Of a stretch of DNA of 64,000 nucleotides, positions 27,377 to 36,024 are shown one piece after another (the stretch's first letter is position 1; every line of letters starts with the position of its first letter). Origin of the DNA: a virus (Duplodnaviria; Heunggongvirae; Uroviricota; Caudoviricetes); IMG/VR virus record IMGVR_UViG_3300045960_000077, positions 47,422-111,421 of that record, one strand, 5' to 3'. The notes beneath the pieces were generated by a model, which was given only the letters and a program-made list of their open reading frames with translations, ran no database searches and was not told the DNA's origin. The translations under genes were made by a program, and so were the position numbers.

Positions 27377-27959
27377 AAAAATAATTGAAGTCAAAATTTG
27401 GTTTGGTATATTTAGATGTCAGACGAGTTTTTGAAAGATCGATTAGCATATCTATATACTCGAATTTAGATCTCCTCTTTTGAGAATTATCAATCGTAAT
27501 GCTCGGTACAGAATATGATTGAATGTCTGATGGAGTCATAGTGATGCAACCACTTTGATAATAGCTGAATGGTGAAGATGCCGATGCAGATGATGTATAG
27601 TGCCCAGGAAGAGGCATGTCTTTAGTCACTTTTTCAATTTCATAATTTATATTTCTCGCCATTGCATGAAATGTGTATGCAAATGCCGCGCCACCTGTCG
27701 ATAGATAATCTCCCTTGAATCCCATATCATAAATAGACCTCCTGGTAACAGCATTTTGCACTGTCAAGACTTTATCTAATTGAGGGCTATATATTTTGAC
27801 TTGAAATCTATAACTATCATCTACACATGAATAATATGAAGAAATTGCTTTAAGTTTAAATCCATATGACGTCAATAAATGACGACATTCTGATTCAATA
27901 ACCTTCTGAAGAGCAAGCCTTAATTCATGTTCGATTCGTTCACTTGCTGCTGCTGCCAT
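27375..27959 (-). CDS. hypothetical protein
   Basis: 194-aa ORF. Confidence 0.45.
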   Translation of the reverse strand: MAAAASERIEHELRLALQKVIESECRHLLTSYGFKLKAISSYYSCVDDSYRFQVKIYSPQLDKVLTVQNAVTRRSIYDMGFKGDYLSTGGAAFAYTFHAMARNINYEIEKVTKDMPLPGHYTSSASASSPFSYYQSGCITMTPSDIQSYSVPSITIDNSQKRRSKFEYIDMLIDLSKTRLTSKYTKPNFDFNYF

Positions 27960-28466
27960 TTATTTTACTTTCTGATTGCCCACAGTAACAGTAGGAAGTC
28001 TCTTCATAATTTCCATCATCATCTGTTTCATGTCATTCATGTGTGCTGAGAGGAGTTTCTTGTTCTCTTCATCACGAGCTTCAATAAGCGATCTAATCTT
28101 CAAGTTGTACTTTTCATTGAGATCGTTTTCTTTCGCCTGAATCTTGAGATCGAGCATCTTCTTTTCATGCTCAAGAGTGTTGGCTGCTTTTTCTTTGTCG
28201 AGACTAATCAAGTGATTGATATCGACCTTTTCACGATTGAAATCAGATTGCATCTTCTTTTTCTCTAGTTCATTATCAGATCTAATAGTCTTGATAGCAA
28301 TCTCTAGATCGCGCTTTTCGATCTTCAAGCCATCAATAGCAGCCTGAAGGTCATCAAGTCGTTCCTGTAGGGATTGTTCTTTTGCTTCCTCTGTACCGAT
28401 GGAAGCGGCGAGATGATTTACAACTTTTTCGAGCTTTTCTTCGAGCGCTTTATTAATAAACATATG
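27960..28466 (-). CDS. coiled-coil protein
   Basis: Glu/Lys-rich heptad-like sequence. The start is trimmed to MHMFINK (RBS AGGAGG) to avoid overlap with tRNA-Leu. Confidence 0.45.
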   Translation of the reverse strand, partial: HMFINKALEEKLEKVVNHLAASIGTEEAKEQSLQERLDDLQAAIDGLKIEKRDLEIAIKTIRSDNELEKKKMQSDFNREKVDINHLISLDKEKAANTLEHEKKMLDLKIQAKENDLNEKYNLKIRSLIEARDEENKKLLSAHMNDMKQMMMEIMKRLPTVTVGNQKVK

Positions 28467-28518
28467 CATCCTCCTTGGGATATTAGTTACATTATACCAC
28501 ATACAGCGCCATTTTGTG

Positions 28519-28603
28519 TGCGGATAGAGGGATTCGAACCCCCACGCTGTTTCCAGCACTGCGTTCTAAGCGCAGCATGTCTTCCAGTTCCAATCATACC
28601 CGC
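28519..28603 (-). tRNA. tRNA-Leu (anticodon TAG), class II long variable arm
   Basis: The reverse complement gives acceptor GCGGGTA/TATCCGC, anticodon loop CTTAGAA, variable arm TGCTGGAAACAGCGT and T-arm GGGGGTTCGAATCCCTC. Confidence 0.7.
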
Positions 28604-28817
28604 ATTCTACTTCATTGGTAAAGCTTCGACTTTCTCTTTCGGTTCTGGTCGAGATTGGCATTTGCATATCTGATTTGTATTTTTAGGCACTCCACCCATA
28701 GAAACAAACTTTCTACGGACGCCTGTACCGCCACACTTATTACAAGTTTTTTCAAACTTTGGTTTATCTTTGAGCCTTGCTTGCCATCCCATATCTATGC
28801 CTCCTGATTATTTTATG

Positions 28818-28891
28818 TGCTCCAAACGGGAGTCGAACCCGCCCTGTACAGTTTTTGAGACTGCTGACTCTACCACGTGGCCTACTGGAGC
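28818..28891 (-). tRNA. tRNA with anticodon CAA (Leu codon UUG) but class I short variable arm; discriminator A
   Basis: Acceptor GCTCCAG/TTGGAGC, anticodon stem GCAGT/ACTGT, loop CTCAAAA, variable ACAG(G), T-arm GCGGGTTCGACTCCCGT. Confidence 0.5.
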
Positions 28892-28894
28892 ATG

Positions 28895-28967
28895 CGCCCT
28901 TGGGAAGATTCGAACTCCCAACCTGCGGGGTAGAAACCCGTTGCTCTAATCCATTGAGCTACAAGGG
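28895..28967 (-). tRNA. tRNA-Arg (anticodon TCT)
   Basis: Acceptor GCCCTTG/CAAGGGC, D-arm GCTCAATGGATTAGAGC, loop TTTCTAC, T-arm GGGAGTTCGAATCTTCC. Confidence 0.7.
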
Positions 28968-29561
28968 CATGCAATTAATTTATGCTTTTTCATTATTTAC
29001 GGAGATCTGATTCTCCTGCTTTTCCAATTATGTCATTTGTCATGACCTTTGAAAGATCATCCGAAAGTCGACCAGCTCCAACTGGAACTTCTCTTGGAGG
29101 AGTCTTAATTGTGTTTTGATGATTTTTAATCATGTTTTGAATTTCTTTAATTCTGTGTGAATTCATTACTTTATTGCTCCCTTTGCTGCATCGACTGCAG
29201 CCTTAGCTTTGGCTTCCGCCTCAGCAAATTTTATTCCATTTTTCTTCCCAACAAAAAATCCACCCACAAACGCACCAACAAGTAACAAAAGAATTACTAA
29301 TATCTCAGTCATTTTATCTCCTTATTATAAAGTCGGTTGATTCTCGGGGCCTTCATCTAATTCAAAGCCCTGAAGCTTCGAGTTACAGCCATACGGGCTT
29401 TCACGTTTCCATTCTGATGCCATAAATGGATCGGCAACAGCCGCGTTATACTTACATGATTTACCACAAGATTCGCATCCCGGGAGATTAACTAATGTAC
29501 TTGGCCGTTTCGTCATTTTGCTTTTCTTTTTCACCATATATGCTCCTTTTTTGTTTTACTG

Positions 29562-29633
29562 AGCCGCTTGTCGGTATTGATCCGACGACCTGTCGCTTAC
29601 AAGGCGACTGCTCTACCACTGAGCTAAAGCGGC
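29562..29633 (-). tRNA. tRNA-Thr (anticodon TGT)
   Basis: Acceptor GCCGCTT/AAGCGGC, D-arm GCTCAGTGGTAGAGC, loop CTTGTAA, non-canonical T-loop ATCAATA. Confidence 0.65.
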
Positions 29634-29636
29634 ATG

Positions 29637-29709
29637 AGGCGCTTACTGGAATCGAACCAGTTTCCTCTGCTTTGCAGGCAGGTAGCTAAAACCAATCACT
29701 CAAAGCGCC
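29637..29709 (-). tRNA. tRNA-Cys (anticodon GCA)
   Basis: Acceptor GGCGCTT/AAGCGCC, loop CTGCAAA, T-arm ACTGGTTCGATTCCAGT. Confidence 0.6.
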
Positions 29710-29825
29710 ATATGTATACTAAATTATGAAGATCTATAAAAAAAATCGCTACAGACGATAAAAAGGCTCGGCATCATAAGCATGGCCGGTAATGCCTCCA
29801 CCGAGCCCGGTCCCGGCAATAGATA

Positions 29826-29858
29826 CATTATACCACAACTGTCAAAAGATTGTAAATT
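29826..29858 (-). promoter_or_regulatory. sigma70-like promoter (TTTACAATC ... TGTGGTATAAT) driving tRNA-Cys/Thr segment
   Basis: The reverse complement reads TTTACAATCTTTTGACAGTTGTGGTATAATG. Confidence 0.5.
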
Positions 29859-31233
29859 AATAATTTACGTTCTTTCTAACTTCATCAAATGTATATTCTT
29901 TCACGATTTTGCCATTCTCGAATACAGTTTCAAGGACGTCTCGATCATACCATTTCGTGTCCTGCATGACGGTTTCATATCCTTCCATGGTCTCGATCAA
30001 GGCCAACTTCCCTTTCTTCGAGATCTTTACCTCATCAGTGATCGGCTCTTTGTAAACCATTACTTCTTTTCCATCCACTTTAGCGTACGATGCCTTCATT
30101 GCAAACTTGAAAGTATCACGATCAAGTTTTTGTAAGAGACCTCCACCCATCCCGAAGGCCACGTTCTCAATCGACCAACCAGTTTTGTAGACTCTCTCAA
30201 GAATCTCTCTAATTGTCTGTAAAGTACATCCGTCACCCTGAATGATTCTAACTTCAGGACGAAGTACTCTGTAGCCCTTCTTGTTGACAGTATATCCAAA
30301 CCTGTCGCCCAGAATTTGTAACAGTCGTTCAACTACATCTGGAGGATTACCACTATCAGGTCTGACAACTAACGTTCCACCCGTCTTTAAAACGAGGTCT
30401 TTCAGTTGTTTACCCCAGATATTGTCAGCAGCGTTATAGATGTCATAGCTGTCCGATACACAGGCATAGATCTTGCCAGGGCCGCCGTAAGCATTTACCA
30501 TATTTCTATAGGCATCTGCTTCTCCTCCACGTCCCCAAACTGTGATCGTGCTGTGCTCTGCTGCAGGGATAGAAAATCCAGCCATCCCAGCATTGTAATA
30601 TTTGTTCGCAGCCCAGATTCCTTCCACAGTATCCGAACCCATGAAGTTCACTAAGTGAGCTGCTCCACCAATCTCAGCCGATTCACCCGAAGAAACACCA
30701 CGTCCACCGAAATCATGGAGCCTGAACATGATCTGTTCCTCTGGGTTATCGCATGTCCTCTTGAGATAATCCATGATGGTTCTCTTGGCTCTAAAAGAAT
30801 TAGTTGCCACCGTCGTAGGGTACCAGACAGCCCTCATAAGAACCGTCTCAATGTAAGAAGTCAGCCAATAGCATTCAGGATCTGTATTTTCAACAGACAC
30901 CAAAATGTTCTTGAGATTCACTCTTCGTCCTTCGGGAACAGCCTTGATTCGGAGAGGGAGGAAGCCCTTGTGCTTCTTGAGGATGTATTCCCAACCCTCC
31001 TTGTTGAAGGGCTCGCCATGCGCCTTGAAGAATTCATCGGCCTCATCAATCATTTCCTGAGTGATTGGCTTGACAAAGAACTTCTTGAGGATCATTTGAA
31101 GTCCGAAAAATACTGTCTCGGGAAAGTCTCCACCGCGAGCTTCGATGTAAGAATAAACCTCGGTTGTTTTGGGCGGATACTGCCTCCAGTGGCTTGCCTT
31201 GTAGCTGTCAGTCATTAAGATCATGTTGTCCAT
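29857..31233 (-). CDS. nadV: nicotinamide phosphoribosyltransferase (NadV/NAMPT)
   Basis: N-terminal MDNMILMTDSYKASHWRQYPPKTTEVYSY matches the NAMPT family signature; 458 aa. Confidence 0.85.
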   Translation of the reverse strand: MDNMILMTDSYKASHWRQYPPKTTEVYSYIEARGGDFPETVFFGLQMILKKFFVKPITQEMIDEADEFFKAHGEPFNKEGWEYILKKHKGFLPLRIKAVPEGRRVNLKNILVSVENTDPECYWLTSYIETVLMRAVWYPTTVATNSFRAKRTIMDYLKRTCDNPEEQIMFRLHDFGGRGVSSGESAEIGGAAHLVNFMGSDTVEGIWAANKYYNAGMAGFSIPAAEHSTITVWGRGGEADAYRNMVNAYGGPGKIYACVSDSYDIYNAADNIWGKQLKDLVLKTGGTLVVRPDSGNPPDVVERLLQILGDRFGYTVNKKGYRVLRPEVRIIQGDGCTLQTIREILERVYKTGWSIENVAFGMGGGLLQKLDRDTFKFAMKASYAKVDGKEVMVYKEPITDEVKISKKGKLALIETMEGYETVMQDTKWYDRDVLETVFENGKIVKEYTFDEVRKNVNY

Positions 31234-31270
31234 TTGGAATCTCCTTCCTTAGCCAAACTGCTCTCCGCAG

Positions 31271-32299
31271 TTATCGGGCTAATCCGATGAAATGTTTGAT
31301 GATGTGGAAATGATCTTCGTAAAGCTTATCTTCCATGTCATAGAAAGCTACATACGGAATCCATTTAGCCTTTTCCGCATCATCACTCCCTTTCACACTC
31401 GGCAGTTCGCTCTGCCTGAGTACGAACAAAGAAGCATGTGTAATTGTACGTCCTCTCAAAGAGCGATTCGGAGCATCAAAAACCTTAGAAGTAATGAAAG
31501 ATCCTCTAATGACGTTCTTGTGTACACCAATCCGCGTTTCTTCCTTAAGCTCTCTAATTGTGCAATCTTCTAGCCTTTCATCTTGAGCCAAGAATCCGCC
31601 TGGGAGAGCCCAGAGGCCTTTGCCTGGATTTGCCTTCCTCTTGACGAGGAGAACGTGTCCATTGCAAAGAACTACAGCATCTGTAGTGACAAACGTAGGA
31701 GGATAGGGCATCGCCTTAAATGAATCTTTATACTCCTTGATGAACTTGTGCTCATCAGCTAAGCGTTTGTAATCTTCAGTAGCTCTAAAATCTTTAAGAA
31801 AGATCTTTGTAATTTCTGGACAATCAAGGTAGCGATAATCTATATCATATGAAAAATACTTGTCTCTAATTACCGTGGCTGCATGATTAACCACTTCATT
31901 TGTCTGAACGAATGTCCACTGAGGGAACATATCAAGATAGAACGTTGTATCGTCCTTCTTAGCTCCGACAAGTGCTACTTTGATTTCTTCATCATACGGA
32001 TCAATAACATCATTCACAACGCCCTGAACTTCAGCAATCCAATCTTGATCGTTATACAGGAAGTCTCTAATCGGTTTGATTGTCAGACGGTGCTGTTGTA
32101 CGTCAGGGACAGAATTTACAATCATGGCATACCGTTCGGCAAAAGAGAACGGGTTGCGGATATTTCTCGCAGCGAACGCAGAACCAACAAGTACGATAAC
32201 CTTGTCAGCTATATCCATAGCATTTGTGAGATTTTCTAAGTGTCCATTGTGGAGTGGCTGGAACCGGCCAATGAATACAGCGTAGTGATATTTGCGCAT
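31271..32299 (-). CDS. natV: bifunctional NMN adenylyltransferase / Nudix hydrolase (NatV/NadM-like)
   Basis: NMNAT motif GRFQPLHNGH and Nudix box GGFLAQDERLEDCTIRELKEETRI. The start is trimmed to MRKYHY (RBS GGAGGAG), because the upstream ATG lies in the promoter. Confidence 0.8.
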   Translation of the reverse strand: MRKYHYAVFIGRFQPLHNGHLENLTNAMDIADKVIVLVGSAFAARNIRNPFSFAERYAMIVNSVPDVQQHRLTIKPIRDFLYNDQDWIAEVQGVVNDVIDPYDEEIKVALVGAKKDDTTFYLDMFPQWTFVQTNEVVNHAATVIRDKYFSYDIDYRYLDCPEITKIFLKDFRATEDYKRLADEHKFIKEYKDSFKAMPYPPTFVTTDAVVLCNGHVLLVKRKANPGKGLWALPGGFLAQDERLEDCTIRELKEETRIGVHKNVIRGSFITSKVFDAPNRSLRGRTITHASLFVLRQSELPSVKGSDDAEKAKWIPYVAFYDMEDKLYEDHFHIIKHFIGLAR

Positions 32300-32344
32300 G
32301 GGATCTCCTCCCTCTCTGTAGTGGAACATCTCCTGTTCCATTAA

Positions 32345-32380
32345 TACCATTATACCATTAAATTAGACTTTTGTAAATGG
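32345..32380 (-). promoter_or_regulatory. sigma70-like promoter (TTTACAAAAG ... TGGTATAATGG) for natV-nadV
   Basis: The reverse complement reads CATTTACAAAAGTCTAATTTAATGGTATAATGGTA. Confidence 0.5.
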
Positions 32381-32394
32381 TTTCTTAAATTATG

Positions 32395-32465
32395 AGCCAA
32401 GTACGAGAATCGGACTCGTATTTCCTCCTTACCAAAGAGGCGGTCTGCCATTGACCTAACCCGGC
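32395..32465 (-). tRNA. tRNA-Thr (anticodon GGT)
   Basis: Acceptor GCCGGGT/ACTTGGC, D-arm GGTCAATGGCAGACC, loop TTGGTAA, T-loop TCCGATT. Confidence 0.55.
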
Positions 32466-32469
32466 ATGT

Positions 32470-32541
32470 GTCCTCGGCGAGACTCGAACTCACAATAAAT
32501 GGTTCGTAGCCATTCGGTTTATCCATTAGCCTACGAAGACA
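32470..32541 (-). tRNA. tRNA-Arg (anticodon ACG)
   Basis: Acceptor GTCTTCG/CGAGGAC, anticodon arm AATGG-CTACGAA-CCATT, T-arm GTGAGTTCGAGTCTCGC. Confidence 0.65.
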
Positions 32542-32543
32542 TG

Positions 32544-32630
32544 CGGAAGGTACTGGATTCGAACCAGTGCAGGTATTACCCTGACTCTAGTTTAGCAAAC
32601 TAGTGCAATACCAGACTCTGCCAACCTTCC
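32544..32630 (-). tRNA. tRNA-Ser (anticodon GCT), class II
   Basis: Acceptor GGAAGGT/ACCTTCC, anticodon arm CTAGT-TTGCTAA-ACTAG, long variable arm, T-arm CTGGTTCGAATCCAG. Confidence 0.7.
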
Positions 32631-32631
32631 A

Positions 32632-32802
32632 TTATACTATCTTGTCGTAAATCTTTTCACCTAAAAATCTAAATCCCCATCCCAAAACAACTCTCCAGGG
32701 AAATCCACACCAAGGTTCGTTCCCTGCAGCACAGCAAATAGCTAAAATAAATCCAATCTCAAAATAAAAGAGTAAAAACACTATAATTATTCCAAGAATC
32801 AT
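32632..32802 (-). CDS. small hydrophobic membrane protein (tentative)
   Basis: MILGIIIVFLLFYFEIGFILAICC... lies between tRNA genes. The start is trimmed to avoid the tRNA. Confidence 0.25.
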   Translation of the reverse strand: MILGIIIVFLLFYFEIGFILAICCAAGNEPWCGFPWRVVLGWGFRFLGEKIYDKIV

Positions 32803-32820
32803 GCTTGTCTCCTTTTTATG

Positions 32821-32904
32821 CGGTAGGAGTGGGACTCGAACCCACAGCACATTTAAGTGTTACTAGCTTTCGAAACTAGCTCCTCATCCAGCCGGATCCC
32901 TACC
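32821..32904 (-). tRNA. tRNA-Ser (anticodon CGA), class II
   Basis: Acceptor GGTAGGG/TCCTACC, anticodon arm CTAGT-TTCGAAA-GCTAG, variable hairpin CAC-TTAAAT-GTG, T-arm GTGGGTTCGAGTCCCAC. Confidence 0.6.
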
Positions 32905-33046
32905 TAAATAAAAGAACAGCTATTGAAGCAATAATCAATGTCCACTTAATAACGCGAGGCCAATTTGTTGGAGGTTCATTCGGACAATCATGAAATGCAA
33001 AATTATCCGGCTCTCCCATATATTTGTTACAATATGGACAATGCAT
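32900..33046 (-). CDS. small zinc-ribbon/transmembrane protein (tentative)
   Basis: MHCPYCNKY...HDCPNE followed by a hydrophobic tail; 48 aa. Confidence 0.25.
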   Translation of the reverse strand: MHCPYCNKYMGEPDNFAFHDCPNEPPTNWPRVIKWTLIIASIAVLLFR

Positions 33047-33065
33047 ATTCCTTCTCCTTTTTGTG

Positions 33066-33156
33066 CGGTGGCGGCAGGATTCGAACCTACGTAACGGACC
33101 GCTCCGTATGCACAGCCTTTCCAAGACTGCCTCTTACCAGACTAGAGTACGCCACC
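33066..33156 (-). tRNA. tRNA-Ser (anticodon GGA), class II
   Basis: Acceptor GGTGGCG/CGCCACC, D-arm CTC-TAGTCTGGTAA-GAG, loop TTGGAAA, variable ACGGA...TCCGT, T-arm GTAGGTTCGAATCCTGC. Confidence 0.65.
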
Positions 33157-33160
33157 AATG

Positions 33161-33243
33161 CGGAAGGTGAGGGACTCGAACCCCCGAGGCTTTTACACCC
33201 GGCTGCTTTCAAGGCAGTTTCCTCAACCGGCCGGATACCTTCC
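33161..33243 (-). tRNA. tRNA-Ser (anticodon TGA), class II
   Basis: Acceptor GGAAGGT/ACCTTCC, loop CTTGAAA, long variable arm, T-arm GGGGGTTCGAGTCCCTC. Confidence 0.65.
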
Positions 33244-33315
33244 GTAAAACCAAGCCTATTCGGCACCATTTCAGCTTGGCATGTGGTGTTTCACCGCCGA
33301 CCCACATTAATAAGG

Positions 33316-33519
33316 TTACCTCAATCTAGGAACGTTAATTGTTCCGATAGAACCGAATACCCCAAAAACGTTCAATAACCAAAGAACGACACAAATAATA
33401 ACGACAATATTTATGATGTTCTTAATCTTCGCATCCATCGGAATATATGTGTTTACGACCCATAACAACACACCAACGACAATAAGAATAATTACTAAGC
33501 TGATTAATGGCATAAGCAT
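33316..33519 (-). CDS. small hydrophobic membrane protein
   Basis: 67 aa with two predicted TM helices (LISLVIILIVVGVLLWVV, IVVIICVVLWLLNVFGVFG). Confidence 0.4.
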   Translation of the reverse strand: MLMPLISLVIILIVVGVLLWVVNTYIPMDAKIKNIINIVVIICVVLWLLNVFGVFGSIGTINVPRLR

Positions 33520-33557
33520 CCTCCTTCATAGATACTGGTTTATGCTTATGTACGTAC

Positions 33558-33627
33558 ATTTCTGTGCTGGCACCCTAGGAGTCGAACCCAGATTGAACGG
33601 TTCAGAGCCGTTTGTCCTACCATTGAA
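33558..33627 (-). tRNA. tRNA-Gln (anticodon CTG)
   Basis: U1-A72 acceptor TGGCGCC/GGTGCCA, D-arm GTTCAATGGTAGGAC, anticodon arm AACGG-CTCTGAA-CCGTT, T-arm CTGGGTTCGACTCCTAG. Confidence 0.65.
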
Positions 33628-33631
33628 CGAG

Positions 33632-33702
33632 GCGCCAATGTTTGACATGCCAGGGTTCGAACCTGGAACTTCTGGGTCAAAGCCAAATGTGATGCCATTT
33701 CA
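33632..33702 (-). tRNA. tRNA-Gln (anticodon TTG)
   Basis: U1-A72 acceptor TGACATG/CATGTCA, D-arm GTGAAATGGCATCAC, anticodon arm TTTGG-CTTTGAC-CCAGA, T-arm CCAGGTTCGAACCCTGG. Confidence 0.65.
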
Positions 33703-33872
33703 CCACATGTCAGTTTATGGTGGCTTACCTCAGTACCGCCCTGAGTAGGCCGCAGTTATGAGCCGCAGCTGAATACTTATTCGTAAGCCGTTGGTTGCGG
33801 GTACCGGAATTGCACCGGCTGACAGGGTTATGGGCCCCGCTTCTGCTCTCTTGCCGAATCACCCGCGTTATG

Positions 33873-34145
33873 TTACCATCTTTTAATCTTTGAGTTATCT
33901 AACATCATGTTAATGACGTTATCGTTGCCTTTTACGGCTTCATTATTGAATAAATTAATGAAACTTGCGCCCAAATGACAATCATTACAATTTCTTCCTA
34001 CAGTTGTTACAATTTTTATGTGATCCTGCGCATTTTGTTTTGAAACCCTTGCAGCATCTATATTTCTCGTAATCCCGGCAACTATTACGGTCAACGCAAT
34101 CATACAAGACACGATAGAAATACTTTTACATGTTTTTTCTTCCAT
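33873..34145 (-). CDS. hypothetical secreted/membrane protein
   Basis: 90 aa with a hydrophobic N-terminal segment; translationally coupled to the transglycosylase gene. Confidence 0.4.
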   Translation of the reverse strand: MEEKTCKSISIVSCMIALTVIVAGITRNIDAARVSKQNAQDHIKIVTTVGRNCNDCHLGASFINLFNNEAVKGNDNVINMMLDNSKIKRW

Positions 34146-34660
34146 TATAACCTCGCCAATACTTTCCGGAGCTTTGCAGCATATACCGCTTTATTCTCAT
34201 TATTAAATGAATGGTACGCTGCTAAATCTGTTTGCCCCATGCTTTTGTTTATGTTGATGATCTTACATGCAACTTCAACATTTTTGTAGACATTGAGAAG
34301 GTCTTTTGGGTCTTTAGTGAATCTGTTTTTCCAAGTTGGCCAATTAATCTGCATTAATCCATGATCGCCTGAGCTATTGATTAAAGTTGGTTGAAAGGTT
34401 GACTCAACAAATGCGATAGCGACAAGGTTTTTCGGTTTTATTCCGTAATACCTTGCATTCTCCACTATTGCAATTGCCACTTTCTTTTTTGTAGAATCAG
34501 GAACTTCAGCTCCTGTTTTGTCTATCATCTTCTCTACTTGTATCACTTCCGGATGATTCTCGGGATTCAGAATATAGAAAAATCTCTGATTTCCTCTTAC
34601 CAACAAGTATGTGAGTGACAACGTACATGCCATAATCGTTAACAACAGTATCTTTCTCAT
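34145..34660 (-). CDS. lytic transglycosylase (SLT domain) with N-terminal membrane anchor
   Basis: SLT catalytic motif IAFVESTFQP...GDHGLMQIN and an N-terminal hydrophobic segment. Confidence 0.75.
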   Translation of the reverse strand: MRKILLLTIMACTLSLTYLLVRGNQRFFYILNPENHPEVIQVEKMIDKTGAEVPDSTKKKVAIAIVENARYYGIKPKNLVAIAFVESTFQPTLINSSGDHGLMQINWPTWKNRFTKDPKDLLNVYKNVEVACKIININKSMGQTDLAAYHSFNNENKAVYAAKLRKVLARL

Positions 34661-34757
34661 TTCGGTGGGTTTTTCCTCCCATCGTGGATTTTGGCTCCTT
34701 TTTCGGTTGATATGTATATCATACTACATCTACAATAGATTGTAAACCAATAAATGA

Positions 34758-34827
34758 GCGGGTAAGGAGAATCGAACTCCTCGCTTTAGCTTGGAAGGCT
34801 AAGGTATTACCACTATACGATACCCGC
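34758..34827 (-). tRNA. tRNA-Gly (anticodon TCC)
   Basis: Acceptor GCGGGTA/TACCCGC, D-arm GTATAGTGGTAATAC, anticodon arm TTAGC-CTTCCAA-GCTAA, T-arm GGAGTTCGATTCTCC. Confidence 0.7.
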
Positions 34828-34829
34828 GC

Positions 34830-35069
34830 TTAATCAACGTCAAAATACTTTATCGTGAAATATGTACCACAAAAACACCCTAAACCAGCTGGTATTAAAA
34901 TCCATGCATCTTTTATGAATTCACCAATTGTAAAAGCGCCTACAACGTAAATAAAAATAGAAGCGATACCAGCCTTGAATGCTTTACCCTTCGACGACCA
35001 TCTTATATAGAGTGCCCATATAATGTCAGTAAAAAATAATGCAATAAAAATCACAATCCATTTTATCAT
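34830..35069 (-). CDS. small membrane protein
   Basis: 79 aa and highly hydrophobic (IVIFIALFFTDIIWALYI...). Confidence 0.4.
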   Translation of the reverse strand: MIKWIVIFIALFFTDIIWALYIRWSSKGKAFKAGIASIFIYVVGAFTIGEFIKDAWILIPAGLGCFCGTYFTIKYFDVD

Positions 35070-35725
35070 AATAAATCACGTGTAGATATTATTCCATCTT
35101 GTCCTCTATAGAATAGTGAAAACTTTAAGTCAATGGACATTGGAAATACTTCGTATAATGTTCTTGCAGCATCCTCTGGTCTACTAATGATGTCCCACTT
35201 GGTATTAGTATGAGCAGGACGTCTGAAACGCCCTGAGAGGAGCAATCTAAAGAACATTATATCACATAACGTACCCTCAAGCCAGGGCGTCCATTTAGAA
35301 AATCCAGCAACCCACTTAAGTGTACTTATGTTATTCAACAGCATCTCAGCTGTTTTCTGATTAATAAAATCACATGCTCCGAAATATAGTCCATCAAAAT
35401 TTGTTGTCTTGATTAAGATATTTCTAAGCTTCACTCTATTTATGTTATTGAGAGCTTGAAGCTTGTCTTTCTGGCCGTGGACACCAAAATAGCCGATCTT
35501 CAAACGGCCGTCTAAACCGACGTCCAATTTATAATTTAATGCAGCTTCTAATCCTTCAGCGGTTCCAAATACGTAATAAGAAAAGAGAGCATCATGTCCT
35601 GATTCATCATCATCTAGCTCTCTTTTTAGTTGTGCAAAAAATGGTTTGACTGATTCCTCATGAAGCTTGTCCCACTGCGCCTCATAAAGTTTAATAACGT
35701 ACTTGGTTTCAGTTCTGTTTTTCAT
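35066..35725 (-). CDS. hypothetical protein
   Basis: 219-aa ORF. Confidence 0.45.
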   Translation of the reverse strand: MKNRTETKYVIKLYEAQWDKLHEESVKPFFAQLKRELDDDESGHDALFSYYVFGTAEGLEAALNYKLDVGLDGRLKIGYFGVHGQKDKLQALNNINRVKLRNILIKTTNFDGLYFGACDFINQKTAEMLLNNISTLKWVAGFSKWTPWLEGTLCDIMFFRLLLSGRFRRPAHTNTKWDIISRPEDAARTLYEVFPMSIDLKFSLFYRGQDGIISTRDLL

Positions 35726-35726
35726 G

Positions 35727-35797
35727 AGCCCCCACTCGGAATCGAAACGAGATTTACTGCTTACGAAACAGTTGTTCTTCCATTGAACTATGAGGGC
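35727..35797 (-). tRNA. tRNA-Thr (anticodon CGT)
   Basis: Acceptor GCCCTCA/TGGGGGC, D-arm GTTCAATGGAAGAAC, anticodon arm ACTGT-TTCGTAA-GCAGT, T-loop TTCGATT. Confidence 0.6.
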
Positions 35798-35800
35798 ATG

Positions 35801-35873
35801 TGCTCCCGGTCAGATTCGAACTGACACTGTACAGGGTTTAAGCCTGCTGACTCTGCCGTTGGCCTACGAGAGC
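35801..35873 (-). tRNA. tRNA with anticodon TAA (Leu codons UUA/UUG) but canonical 73-nt class I structure; discriminator A
   Basis: Acceptor GCTCTCG/CGGGAGC, D GGCCAACGGCAGAGTC, anticodon arm GCAGG-CTTAAAC-CCTGT, variable ACAGT, T-arm GTCAGTTCGAATCTGAC. It is a sibling of the CAA tRNA at 28818. Confidence 0.55.
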
Positions 35874-36024
35874 ATGCTCTTCCAATTCTTCTAATTCTTC
35901 GCCAATTTCATCTTCTATAAATCTCTTGTAATACGAACGAAGCTCGGAATAGCTGTATATTCCGTCCCAGCCCCAGTAAATGGGTCGTTCAATGTTCGGA
36001 GATTTATTCATACTCCTCCTCATG

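Noticed and set aside
32300-32350. Longer N-terminus of NatV (start 32350), and similar long starts of ORFs at 28559, 40957, 43153 and 54863
   Set aside because: The upstream extensions run through the promoter -10 element or through tRNA genes. Internal Mets with good Shine-Dalgarno sequences give non-overlapping genes.
33250-33316. Possible suppressor-like tRNA (GGAAC-AATTAAC-GTTCC hairpin with TTA in the loop) at about 33255-33330
   Set aside because: No T-arm or acceptor pairing could be built around it, and position 33 is A. It is treated as part of the unassigned spacer, not a tRNA.
32965-33378. + strand ORFs (137 aa, 111 aa at 33413, and others at 28777, 29495, 39367, 39899, 40041, 42293) within the tRNA region
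   Set aside because: They are composed largely of reverse-complemented tRNA sequence (repeated GIEP/GFEP/RFEP peptides from the T-arm). They lack RBSs and overlap confidently parsed tRNAs.
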